Positions 22,135 to 32,120 of a stretch of 64,000 nt of DNA are shown here, in pieces (the stretch's first letter is position 1; every line of letters starts with the position of its first letter). A model generated the notes under the pieces. The model saw nothing but the letters and a program-made list of their open reading frames with translations. It was not told where the DNA came from and ran no database searches. The DNA is from Promethearchaeota archaeon Loki_b31 (GTDB lineage Archaea > Asgardarchaeota > Lokiarchaeia > Sigyniarchaeales > SOKP01): contig NJBI01000005.1 in the NCBI GenBank assembly GCA_005222975.1, positions 63,447 through 127,446 on the forward strand. The letters run 5' to 3'. The translations under genes were made by a program, and so were the position numbers.

Positions 22135-22749
22135 TTACTTACCCTCCTTTTCCTTTTCTTTTTTTTCTTCTACTAACTTTCTTTTATCCTTTAATTTTTT
22201 CGCGTTATCCAGTAAAGCTCTGAAACCTACTTCTTTCATTAAGGTTTGACATTCTTTCACGGCTTCTGGATAGGAATGAACTGTGGGAGGTAGTGGTGGT
22301 AATCCATAAGATTCACGTAAATCTCTCCATTTTTTGTTGTTTTCACCATTAGCAGGTACTCCATGACCTGTTTCATAAAAAACATTACTAGCCAAACCAA
22401 AATGAGAGTCTAAAATATAGCCTTCTTCAACAGCAATGTTTCTAAGTTTTATAATCATATCGGTTACAGGTATGTCTCGTGGGCATCGCTCATAGCAGTA
22501 ATAACAAGTACTACAAAGCCAAATGTCAATATCACTTAATACCGACTCATCTCCCGTTAACGCGCGCCTGAGCACAGAACGTGTTCGATATGCTGTGCGC
22601 CGTCCAGATGGGCAAGAGCCTGTGCAAGTTCCACAATTAATACACGCTCTAAGCTTCTCTAAACCTGCATCAACAAACTTTTGAGCAATTTTAGAGCTCG
22701 TGCCTTTATAAACCTTGCGCTTGATATATTTTTCTATATTATCGCTCAT
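22135..22749 (-). CDS. hdrC: Heterodisulfide reductase subunit C
   Basis: CINCGTCTGSCP and CSTCYYCYERCP. Confidence 0.93.
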   Translation of the reverse strand: MSDNIEKYIKRKVYKGTSSKIAQKFVDAGLEKLRACINCGTCTGSCPSGRRTAYRTRSVLRRALTGDESVLSDIDIWLCSTCYYCYERCPRDIPVTDMIIKLRNIAVEEGYILDSHFGLASNVFYETGHGVPANGENNKKWRDLRESYGLPPLPPTVHSYPEAVKECQTLMKEVGFRALLDNAKKLKDKRKLVEEKKEKEKEGK

Positions 22750-22824
22750 TATAAATACAAGTCTCTTCTAAAGTTTTAAAATTGATAAGTAATTGCGTAA
22801 AAAAGTACAGATTTTACTTTTTTG

Positions 22825-22842
22825 ATTGTTTGATCAAACAAT
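22825..22842. promoter_or_regulatory. Perfect 18-bp palindrome upstream of hdrCBA (candidate operator)
   Basis: ATTGTTTGATCAAACAAT is its own reverse complement; adjacent to a minus-strand TATA-like ATTATAAA (22848-22855). Confidence 0.5.
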
Positions 22843-23150
22843 TTTAATTTATAATATTAAGAAGTGAAAAGAACTTTTTAATAAAAAATTTGTTATTGAA
22901 TTTGGTAATTAAAATGAGAGTATTAATTAATTGCAATATCTAAATGTTTTTTAAGTGGAATAATTCGCAAGAATATTATGTTAATTCGATAAAATTTACC
23001 TTTTTTTGTTTAACTTTTTAAAAAAAACTTAGAATTTTTTCAGTGAAAACCTACTAAACGCTTTCGACAGAATTGTAAAAAGATTTAAAAAGAAAACTTG
23101 TTATATTAAATTTAGAGCGATTAAATTATTTTTTAGAGAGAGGTCGAATT

Positions 23151-23414
23151 TTGAAGGAAGAACCAATTGTAGGTCAACCAACCGCGAACGGAATAAGCGA
23201 TGGTTCTGAAAAGATTAATAAAATTATTGAAGTAAGTAAGATCATGAATAACATGGAAAAGTCCGAAGAAGAAAAAGAAAAAATCATTGAAATTCTTAGA
23301 GAAGAGATAAATTTAATAAAACAAATAAATCAAAAAATTATCAAAGAAAAAGATAAAACGATAGAACAACTTAAAAGAAGGCTAAAAAAGGAAACGAACT
23401 TCGCGTTCTTATGA
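23151..23414 (+). CDS. Small coiled-coil hypothetical protein
   Basis: 87 aa, TTG start with GAGG upstream, E/K/I heptads. Confidence 0.55.
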   Translation: MKEEPIVGQPTANGISDGSEKINKIIEVSKIMNNMEKSEEEKEKIIEILREEINLIKQINQKIIKEKDKTIEQLKRRLKKETNFAFL

Positions 23415-23417
23415 TTT

Positions 23418-23897
23418 TTACTGAATTTTATCTTCTTTTAAACCACCTAAGAGTTTTTCAGCTTCAATATTTGTTGGGTCAATTTTTAAGACTTCAGCAA
23501 AACATTGCATTGCTTTCTTAAAATCACCTAACGACTTGAATAATCGCCCTAAATTAAACCAAGTAGCACTATCCTGCGGGTCTATTTTAATGGCTTCTTC
23601 ATAGCTCAAAATCGAATCTTGAGAATTACCTAATTTTTCATACGCTACTCCTAAATTATACTACGCCCAATTATCCAAAGAATCGATACTCACTGCTTTT
23701 TTACCGCGTTCTCGTTCTTTGTCGAAATTTTCTAACTTTTCATAAGCAACTCCCATGTTACTCCAAGAAACGCTACTTGACGGGTTAATTTTGACTGCTC
23801 TTTCAAAGCACTCTATTGCCTTTAGGTAATCTCCTGCTTTAAAATATTTCATTCCTAATTCGGACCAATACAAGGCATTTTTTTTGTCTTTTGTCAA
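23418..23897 (-). pseudogene. TPR-repeat protein interrupted by in-frame TAG
   Basis: ORFs 23661-23897 and 23418-23609 are in the same frame; ...DNWA*YNLGVAYEKLG..., TAG at 23661-23663 sits where a TPR Trp (TGG) is expected. Confidence 0.8.
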
Positions 23898-23909
23898 TTT
23901 ATTTCAGCT

Positions 23910-24134
23910 TTATTTTTTCTTAGATAATTCGTTCAAGTATTCTTTCTGTTTTTCATCAGGTAAGAAAACCAATTCTTTTTTAACTTCTTTTAATTCGTCT
24001 TTTGATAGGTTTAAATCCATCAATTGTTCTCTAACATCTTTAGGTATTACAGTGAAAATCTTTTGGAAATACCTTTTTACTACATCTAATGTTTCAAATC
24101 CCCTTTCTTTACCATTGTTACTAATGAGTACCAC
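23910..24134 (-). CDS. Small hypothetical protein
   Basis: 74 aa helical, charged ORF co-oriented between kinase and TPR genes. Confidence 0.55.
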   Translation of the reverse strand: MVLISNNGKERGFETLDVVKRYFQKIFTVIPKDVREQLMDLNLSKDELKEVKKELVFLPDEKQKEYLNELSKKK

Positions 24135-24230
24135 CTATAGTTTTTTGATAAAAACAATATTTTGTTTTTCTCAATTCTATTTAATAAAGTAAGAAAGGGA
24201 CTGTTAATAAGAGATATGGGGTCCAATAGT

Positions 24231-27095
24231 TTAATTTTTTTCTATTGGTAAAGAAAAGAAAAAAGTACTTCCTTTGTTCCGGCCTTCTGATTCCACCCAT
24301 ATTTTCCCGTCGTGAAGGTCAATTAATTCTTTCGAAATGTATAAACCTAATCCTGTCCCTTCGATGCCTACGTCCCATCCTTGGCCGTATCTTTCAATTT
24401 TACCAAACTGCGTAAAAAGTTGCGCTATTTCTTTTTTAGTTAATCCAATGCCGGTGTCTTTTATCGAAATTATATAATGATTGTTTTTTTGATGAGAATC
24501 AATTGTAATTGTACCCCCAATAGGAGTATACTTTATTGCATTTATCAATAAATTGGTGATAACTTCGTAAATTTTCTCTTTATCAAAATTTGTATATATA
24601 TTATTCTTTATGTTTAGTTTAACCTTCTGTTCTCTTAATTTTGCCGTACCTTGTAATTGCTTAACACAATATTTGATTAAAAATGTAAGATTCTCTTTTT
24701 TTTTTTTTAATTTCAACAACCCTTGATCTAATTGGGAACTATCGACAAGTGCGTTAATGAAATCCTCAAGACGCTTACTACCGCTCTTGATTTCTTCTAA
24801 AATCGAAATAACATCGCTGTCCAACTTATTTGAGTGTAGTTTTAACAATAATTCGGTGAATCCTTTAATAGAAATTAAAGGCGTTTTTAACTCATGCGAA
24901 GTTCTTGAAAACAAATCACTTTTTAATTTATTTATTTCGCTCAACATTCGGTTTTGTTCTTCCAAATGATGTTGAGATTCCCACCTTCTTTGCTCTATTT
25001 CGAGAGCATCGCATATTAAAAATAGCACTAATTTATTTTGATTGGTAATAGTTGGATTTTGTTGAAATAAAACGCAGAGTAAACTATTTAAATCATTTCC
25101 AGATAGGATTAATTTACCATAACAAGCTTCGATACCGTTTTCAATTATATAACGATCAGATTTGGCATACTTCGTTTTATGGATGTCAAAGAATTCTTGA
25201 GTAAAGTCGTGATTTTCTTTAAATAATTCGCTTATAAACAAATCTCTCGTAAATTCTTCCGAAGTATACATTGTGATGACTCCTTTACTATTCATTACCC
25301 TATATTGCTCTTTTTCTTCATGATCGCTTTTAGTGATGTATAATACAATATCACCATTAAGTTGTTTTAAGCAAGTTTTTAGCAATAATTCAATATTTTG
25401 TTGAATGTCCGTTGTGTAGTTTAAAAAATTAATATTTAACTCTAAAATCAATTTTTCGTACATTTTTTTTTCAGTGACATCTTCTAACCATAATCTAAAG
25501 CTAATTAGATTGTCTTTATCGTCGTATTGATTTAATCTTTTTCCTTGTAACCATTTTATTATTCCTTTTTTATTTAAAATTCTAAATTCGATCTCCTTTC
25601 CTTCTTCTGAATTTAATAATTTTAACAGATCGTCTGGATGAATTATTTCATCCATCAATTTTTTGTTGACATAGTCAACATCTTGATACCCAATAAATTC
25701 TAATAATTTTGGATTAATGTAAGAAACGCTATTGTTTTCCAGTTCTATTTCTAAAATACCAATTGTTGATGTCTCTAATAAATCCTTATATTTTTCTTCT
25801 GATTCTTTAATCATTTTTTCAGCTAATTCTTTTTCAGTAATATCCTCTACTGTAAAAATTATATTCTCGATTTCTCCGTTATTCTTTAATAAAGGCGTAC
25901 CATTGATAGAAAGTAGAATATTTTCATTCGTAAATGACTTAAAAGTTGCATGATAATCAAATATTGGTTTTTTCGTTTTCATAATAATCTGAAAAGGTAG
26001 CTCATTCTTAGGAATAAGTTTGCCTTCTGAGTTTAAAAATTTAAATTTTGTGGTTATAAATGTTTTTTTTAATAATTCTTCTTTAGGATAATGTAAGACT
26101 TTTTCGGCTTGAGAATTAACATATATAATATGCCCGTTTGTATCAACAGATAAGATCCCCGCGGGAGAGGTTTCCATAATTCGTTCTAATCTATCATGTT
26201 GTTTACGCAAATTCTCTTCAGCGTTCTTCCGTTCGGTAATATCTTCAAAGGTAATTAAAAGTCCTGCAACATTTCCATCAGAGTTTAACAAAGGAATTCT
26301 ATTTACGTCTATCCAAATCTTTTCTCCGTTTCTGAGGATCCAAAATTCATTAGTATGAAAAACAACTTTATTAGATTCGATAACTTTCCTTTCTTGTTCT
26401 TTGTTAAATTGTATTTGATTCTTATCTAAAAGCAATTCTTCGTCAGTTTTACCTATAATGTTTTCAGGGTGTTCAATCCCAATTAATTTTGCGTAATTAT
26501 CGTTACATCCGAGATAACTCAGATCAATATCCTTCCATATAATATATTGTGGGATATTTTCTATTACCATCTGTAGCATTTCATAGCTGCTCTGCAAAGC
26601 TTCCTCATATTTTTTAGGATTAAATAATTTCCAAAAGCGTATTTCTGGGATAGTTTCTGTTATCTTTTTAAATCTATCTTCAGTTTCTCTTAAATTTACT
26701 TCAATTTTTTTTTGTTTTGAAATATCTTTCAAAATAATTAAGATTTTCTCGTTTTTATCCTCGTCCGTAAATTTTCTTGCTTTTATTTCCGCCCAAATTA
26801 TTTCATCCTTCGTTGAAAATAACTTTGTTTCTTGAAAATTACCAAAAGTGTCGATCCCCTTTTTTAAAAATTTTACTGCTTTTTTTTTATCTTCCGAAAA
26901 TAGTATTTTTAGGAAAGAATTTCCGACTAAATCGCTTTCAGCATATCCTAATTTTTCCAATAACGGGCAATTGTTAATTAGCTCAATTCTGAAATCTTCT
27001 GTTTGATCAATAATCATAACCAAATCGTTAACAATTTCCATAAATATTTGAAATTGAGTCTTAACATTTTCGCGCTTGTTATCGTCGGAAATCAT
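24231..27095 (-). CDS. Multi-PAS sensor histidine kinase
   Basis: Several PAS/PAC repeats (EDITERK), H-box SHELKTPL, NLLINAIKY, DTGIG, GTGLGL. Confidence 0.93.
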   Translation of the reverse strand: MISDDNKRENVKTQFQIFMEIVNDLVMIIDQTEDFRIELINNCPLLEKLGYAESDLVGNSFLKILFSEDKKKAVKFLKKGIDTFGNFQETKLFSTKDEIIWAEIKARKFTDEDKNEKILIILKDISKQKKIEVNLRETEDRFKKITETIPEIRFWKLFNPKKYEEALQSSYEMLQMVIENIPQYIIWKDIDLSYLGCNDNYAKLIGIEHPENIIGKTDEELLLDKNQIQFNKEQERKVIESNKVVFHTNEFWILRNGEKIWIDVNRIPLLNSDGNVAGLLITFEDITERKNAEENLRKQHDRLERIMETSPAGILSVDTNGHIIYVNSQAEKVLHYPKEELLKKTFITTKFKFLNSEGKLIPKNELPFQIIMKTKKPIFDYHATFKSFTNENILLSINGTPLLKNNGEIENIIFTVEDITEKELAEKMIKESEEKYKDLLETSTIGILEIELENNSVSYINPKLLEFIGYQDVDYVNKKLMDEIIHPDDLLKLLNSEEGKEIEFRILNKKGIIKWLQGKRLNQYDDKDNLISFRLWLEDVTEKKMYEKLILELNINFLNYTTDIQQNIELLLKTCLKQLNGDIVLYITKSDHEEKEQYRVMNSKGVITMYTSEEFTRDLFISELFKENHDFTQEFFDIHKTKYAKSDRYIIENGIEACYGKLILSGNDLNSLLCVLFQQNPTITNQNKLVLFLICDALEIEQRRWESQHHLEEQNRMLSEINKLKSDLFSRTSHELKTPLISIKGFTELLLKLHSNKLDSDVISILEEIKSGSKRLEDFINALVDSSQLDQGLLKLKKKKENLTFLIKYCVKQLQGTAKLREQKVKLNIKNNIYTNFDKEKIYEVITNLLINAIKYTPIGGTITIDSHQKNNHYIISIKDTGIGLTKKEIAQLFTQFGKIERYGQGWDVGIEGTGLGLYISKELIDLHDGKIWVESEGRNKGSTFFFSLPIEKN

Positions 27096-27291
27096 TCGTA
27101 TTCCTCCACCTCTAAGAACAAATTTTTTTATAATCTCTAAATTTGGTGATTACTCTTCAAATACTAGTGAAAATTTCTTTTATTTATATATTAGTATAAT
27201 TTTAGGTTTTTTTCGTAATCATTAAACATACAATTAAGATAAATTTCATTTTTAAAATTAGAGAGTAGAAAAGATTATGAGTTTTGATTAT

Positions 27292-29154
27292 TCAATAACT
27301 ATTAGCCCAACTAATATCGAGTTCATCCAATTTTATTTTTGAAGGAACGCCATTTTTGTCCCAGCCCATCATTTCGTAGTAGATTTTTTTGGCTTCACTA
27401 AAATTTTTTAAATCGATAGATGTTTCAGCTAGAGCTCCTGAAGTGTGAGGTTGGAAAAATCTATCTGGTAAACGATCGTCATCACTCGTAAATCCTTCTC
27501 TTAAGTTAAATATTCGAGTCATATTCATAATTCGCTCACCTACTTTCATCAATTCGAAAGTTGAGGTATTCCAACCGGTAACTGCTCTAACTATTTCTGT
27601 TTGCTCAAATGGGTTCCACGGCACAAAATAACACATTACGAGAGCATTAACTAAAGCACCCCAATTCATCTGATATATTAAGGCTCGAACCTTTTTTGCG
27701 CTCAAATCATCAAGGCGGAGTGGTGTTAAAATTCCAAACGTATTAAAATTAGCAATCGAACCTTCATTTGCAATAACTGTATCGTGGAGATTATGCATGT
27801 GTTCTGCTCCTGTTGGTGAAATCGTGTACCCTAGTCCCAATCCTTGCTTTAAGGGTGGTTCGTGCATCGGAAGTTCTTGACCCTTCACATGGATGGCGAA
27901 TTCTTGCGCTCCGTTTTGAATTTTTTCAGCGGCTCTTTTTACACCCTCAGCCAAAATATTTCCTAAACCTTCTCGCTTAGCAATTATTTCAATCATTTGA
28001 ATCATGGCTTTGGAATTACCAAACTTTAAAACTATCCCTCCAGTATCGGACTCATTTAATATATTGTTTTCAAAGCACTCCATGGCAAAACTAATGCTCA
28101 TACCAGTGGAGATCGTATCAATTGAGTACTTATTACAAAGTTCATTAGCCTTACACACTGCTTTAAGGTCATAAATCCCACAATTAGAGCCGAAAGCAGC
28201 AAGTGTCTCGTATTCTGGACCACCATATTCTGGATCTACGACCCACGGTTCTTTAATTTGTACGACCTTTTTGCATTTAATTGGACACGCAAAACAAGTT
28301 TCCATTTTTAGATCAATTTCTTCTTTGTTAATTTGTGGGTCTAGAGTCTTAGCACTACCAATTCCTCCTGCTTTAAAATTGCGAGTCGGAAGGTTCCCCA
28401 TAGAGGCAAACATTTCCATTACACCTCCACCAGTTCCATGTGAGAAATACTCTTTATAATATTTCAAGTAGTCATTACTATAGGAATTCCTTAATTCTCT
28501 TAACTTTTCCTTGTTAGCCACTTTAAGTCTCTTATTACCTCTTACAACTACGGCTTTAAGGTTTTTAGAACCCATGACGGCTCCCATACCCGTTCGACCC
28601 GCAGCGCTACGAAGATCGTTTATCACACAAGCATATCGCACCAAATTCTCGCCTCCTGAGCCAATTTGACTTATATGCACAAGCTTATCGTCTAATTCTT
28701 TTGTTATTATTTTTTGAGCTTCACCGGTTGTTTTTCCCCAGATATGGCCAGCGTCTCTTATTTCTACATTTCCATTTTTTATCCAAATAAAAATTGGTTT
28801 TTTTGCTTTTCCTTCAATGACTATTGCATCGAAACCAGCTCTTTTCAACTCTGGCCCCCAATATCCCCCCACTTCAGATTCACCAAATCCATTTGTTAAG
28901 GGTGATTTTGCACCGACGCTATTTCTTCCCGCTCCCGCAATAGATACGCCCGTTATAGGACCTGTAGCAAAAATTAACTTGTTTTCGGGACCAAGAGGAT
29001 CTATGTTAGGTTTTAATTCTTTTAGAAGATAATACGCAACAAAACCCTCTCCACCAATATATTTCCTATAGAATATTTCTTCGGGATGTTCTATGCTAAT
29101 CTTATCATTTGATAAATTAACCCTTAATATTTTGCCACTATAGCCAAATTCCAT
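27292..29154 (-). CDS. aor: Tungsten-dependent aldehyde:ferredoxin oxidoreductase family protein
   Basis: KSPLT, AGRTGMGAVMGSKNLKA, CFACPIKC, GPEYET, DTISTG. Confidence 0.92.
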   Translation of the reverse strand: MEFGYSGKILRVNLSNDKISIEHPEEIFYRKYIGGEGFVAYYLLKELKPNIDPLGPENKLIFATGPITGVSIAGAGRNSVGAKSPLTNGFGESEVGGYWGPELKRAGFDAIVIEGKAKKPIFIWIKNGNVEIRDAGHIWGKTTGEAQKIITKELDDKLVHISQIGSGGENLVRYACVINDLRSAAGRTGMGAVMGSKNLKAVVVRGNKRLKVANKEKLRELRNSYSNDYLKYYKEYFSHGTGGGVMEMFASMGNLPTRNFKAGGIGSAKTLDPQINKEEIDLKMETCFACPIKCKKVVQIKEPWVVDPEYGGPEYETLAAFGSNCGIYDLKAVCKANELCNKYSIDTISTGMSISFAMECFENNILNESDTGGIVLKFGNSKAMIQMIEIIAKREGLGNILAEGVKRAAEKIQNGAQEFAIHVKGQELPMHEPPLKQGLGLGYTISPTGAEHMHNLHDTVIANEGSIANFNTFGILTPLRLDDLSAKKVRALIYQMNWGALVNALVMCYFVPWNPFEQTEIVRAVTGWNTSTFELMKVGERIMNMTRIFNLREGFTSDDDRLPDRFFQPHTSGALAETSIDLKNFSEAKKIYYEMMGWDKNGVPSKIKLDELDISWANSY

Positions 29155-29291
29155 CTTTAAACCTCTATTTAATAAAATTTTGATTATTCTAAAAATTTAT
29201 TATTTATAAACATAAATTATTTGATAATAACAGATTTTTTAGTTAAGTATGAATATTTAAATTTCCAAAAAAAAATGGGAGGGATAACTTA

Positions 29292-30137
29292 ATGGAAACG
29301 GATGATTTTTTTAAATGCTTATCTTGTGGCAAAAAGTTGGGTTTAAAATCAATAAATGGAGGGACCCAGTGCCCAGATTGTTTGTTAAAATTAGAATTTA
29401 AAACGGAAGATTTGGATTACAGAGAAATTAACAAGTATCTTCAAGGTATTTTAAATTTTTTTGTTTCAGATGTGAATGCTGCGTTTAATAAAGATCCCGC
29501 TGCACGCACCTTAATTGAAGTATTAACAAGTTATCCTGGGATTAAAGCTATATTACTATATCGCATAGCGCATTTTTTTTGGAAATTAGGACTACCATAC
29601 ATACCTAGATATATTTCCGGTATCGCACGAGATCTAACGGCCGTAGAAATTCATCCAGGAGCAGAAATTGGCAGCGACTTCTTTATAGACCACGGAGCAG
29701 GAGTAGTTATAGGGGAAACAGCTGAAGTTGGAAATAATGTAACAATTTACGCAGGCGTAGTTTTAGGTGGTACTAATTTGGAACAAAAAAAAAGACACCC
29801 CACTTTAGGTGATAATGTTGTTGTTGGTACTGGCGCAAAAATTTTAGGACCTATTACTCTTGGAGATAACGTGAGAGTTGGGGCGAATTCCGTGGTTGTT
29901 AACGATGTACCTTCAAATTGCGTAGTCGTAGGGGTTCCTGCGAAAATTGTTTCGAAAAAAGGAGAAAAAATCGAAAAAATTGATTTGCGCCACGGTGACC
30001 TTCCCGACCCAATTTCAATCGCTATCTCGAGTTTAAATAAAAGAATCAAAGAATTAGAGAAATATTTTCCTCATAGTTCGAAACCTACAGAAGACAATAT
30101 CGAAATATTTTACGGAGAAAATGGTAGTGGAATATAA
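29292..30137 (+). CDS. cysE: Serine O-acetyltransferase with N-terminal zinc ribbon
   Basis: DPAAR, EIHPGA, FIDHGAGVVIGET, KRHPTLG hexapeptide repeats; N-terminal CLSC/CPDC. Confidence 0.93.
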   Translation: METDDFFKCLSCGKKLGLKSINGGTQCPDCLLKLEFKTEDLDYREINKYLQGILNFFVSDVNAAFNKDPAARTLIEVLTSYPGIKAILLYRIAHFFWKLGLPYIPRYISGIARDLTAVEIHPGAEIGSDFFIDHGAGVVIGETAEVGNNVTIYAGVVLGGTNLEQKKRHPTLGDNVVVGTGAKILGPITLGDNVRVGANSVVVNDVPSNCVVVGVPAKIVSKKGEKIEKIDLRHGDLPDPISIAISSLNKRIKELEKYFPHSSKPTEDNIEIFYGENGSGI

Positions 30138-30182
30138 AGTAGAAATTCTTTTTAATGATTGTAAAATAAAAAGGTGAATTTA

Positions 30183-31112
30183 ATGGCAAATTATTATAAT
30201 AATATAGTTGAAGCAATTGGGAAAACGCCCTTAGTGAAATTAAACAGAATCACTGGAAGTGTTAAGCCAAATGTATTTGTAAAATTGGAGTCTCTTAATC
30301 CTGGGGGTAGCGTTAAAGATAGAATTGGAATGAACATGATACAGAAAGCAGAAGAGGAAGGTCTTATTGATAAAGATACAACCATAGTAGAGCCTACTTC
30401 TGGAAATACGGGCATTGGTTTAGCCCTCGTGTGTGCGTCAAAAGGATATAAAATAATTTTAGTAATGCCAGAAAGCGTAACTATTGAGAGAGTCCAAATT
30501 CTTAAAGCTTATGGTGCTGAAGTGGTTTTAACACCAAAAGAAGGTGGTATGAAAGGATCAATTTCAAAAGCGGAAGAAATAGCTAAAGAAAAAGGAAAAA
30601 TTTTCATCCCTCAGCAATTTAAAAACCTAGCAAACCCAGATATACACCGAAAAACTACGGCATTAGAGATATTTAACGATTTAGCTGGTCAAGTGGATGG
30701 GTTTGTTGCTGGAATAGGAACTGGAGGAACAATAACAGGAGTCGGTGAGGTATTAAAAGATAGGGTTGGGGCGAGAATGAAGGTTTACGCAGTAGAACCT
30801 AAAGATTCTGCGATCCTATCAGGTGGGAAACCAGGGCCTCATAAAATTCAGGGTATAGGGGCGGGTTTTATCCCCGAAGTGCTAAATATCAAAATTTACG
30901 ACAGAATTATAACAGTTGACTACAAAGATGCCAGCGAGACGGCTAGAAAATTAGCTAGAATGGAGGGAATATTCGTTGGAATTTCAGCAGGAGCTTGCAC
31001 ATGGGCAGCAATTCACGAAGCTTCAAAAGATTTCGTAGAAGGAGAAAATGTCGTGGCACTCTTACCTGACGGAGGAGAAAAATATCTCTCAACAGAATTG
31101 TATCAGTTTTAG
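30183..31112 (+). CDS. cysK: Cysteine synthase A (O-acetylserine sulfhydrylase)
   Basis: KLESLNPGGSVKDR, EPTSGNTG, GTGGT, HKIQGIG; ATG 30183 (GTG 30174 alternative). Confidence 0.95.
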   Translation: MANYYNNIVEAIGKTPLVKLNRITGSVKPNVFVKLESLNPGGSVKDRIGMNMIQKAEEEGLIDKDTTIVEPTSGNTGIGLALVCASKGYKIILVMPESVTIERVQILKAYGAEVVLTPKEGGMKGSISKAEEIAKEKGKIFIPQQFKNLANPDIHRKTTALEIFNDLAGQVDGFVAGIGTGGTITGVGEVLKDRVGARMKVYAVEPKDSAILSGGKPGPHKIQGIGAGFIPEVLNIKIYDRIITVDYKDASETARKLARMEGIFVGISAGACTWAAIHEASKDFVEGENVVALLPDGGEKYLSTELYQF

Positions 31113-31159
31113 GCAAAAAAACTAAATAAATATATAAAAGTAGTTAAAGATTTTTCATA

Positions 31160-32056
31160 CTATTTTATTTGTGCTGTTTCTATCAACAAAATATCGTAAA
31201 TTCTTTTCCAATATTCTTCGATGTTCCAATTCAATTTATTTTTAATCTTATCAGATAAATCAGTAAATACATCTTTAATCTTTAAAGTGTGAAAATAGTT
31301 AATTAATGGAGCGATAATTGCAATCATATATTGTTTTTCTCCAAATCTTTCTTCTTTATCAGGATACGAATCAAAAAAAAGATAACCACGACTATTTAAA
31401 TTTTCTATATTTAATAAAACACCTTCAGCCTTAGTGATTTTGTCGTGACCATAAATAGAAGTTGCTACCGTAAACAATTGATTTGAAATGTCGTTTAAGG
31501 ACATGGAAAAATCTTTTTCTTCAGGGTAATAACAATTTAATTCGGGGCCAAACTTGTCGTCCCAAAAGGTTAGGAATAAACATATAAATTCTCCTTGGTC
31601 ACTAGTAGCTAGCATCTTCATTTCGATATTCATAGTTGAAAAGACTTCGTCGATTTTGTTGTTTAAAGCGTTTACTCTGTTAATACGGGCAATTCTACCA
31701 GATAATATAGCTAACAAGTCTTTCTCGTCAAAAGGTTTTGTTAAATAATCGTCTACTCCTAGCAACTTTCCAAGCCTAATATCTTTAGGAGTAGTGCGAG
31801 CGGAAAGAAACACGAAAGGAATTCGATTCCATCGTGGTTCGTTGGATATCTCTTTAAAAAATTCATAACCATCCATTTCAGGCATCATTATATCGCTAAT
31901 GATAATATCAGGAACCTGTTCAAGTTCCGAAAGAACTTTTAGAGCTACTTTTCCGTTTTTCGCTGTAACTGATTCATAGTTGTTCGATTCTAACATTAAA
32001 TTTAAATTGTACAACAAATCAACATTATCCTCGACAACAAGAATTAGAGGTTTCAA
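31160..32056 (-). CDS. Response regulator (REC) with C-terminal putative longin/uDENN-like output domain
   Basis: REC: VVED, D55 (ISDIMMP), K107 (TKPF); C-terminal LFLTFWDDKFGPEL...YP strand-FxxxxGP motif; no HTH. Confidence 0.8.
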   Translation of the reverse strand: MKPLILVVEDNVDLLYNLNLMLESNNYESVTAKNGKVALKVLSELEQVPDIIISDIMMPEMDGYEFFKEISNEPRWNRIPFVFLSARTTPKDIRLGKLLGVDDYLTKPFDEKDLLAILSGRIARINRVNALNNKIDEVFSTMNIEMKMLATSDQGEFICLFLTFWDDKFGPELNCYYPEEKDFSMSLNDISNQLFTVATSIYGHDKITKAEGVLLNIENLNSRGYLFFDSYPDKEERFGEKQYMIAIIAPLINYFHTLKIKDVFTDLSDKIKNKLNWNIEEYWKRIYDILLIETAQIK

Positions 32057-32120
32057 ATCAAATCTAACTGAATTTGTGTTTTTTTAATTATCTATTAGAA
32101 TTGAATAAGGAGAAATTAGC

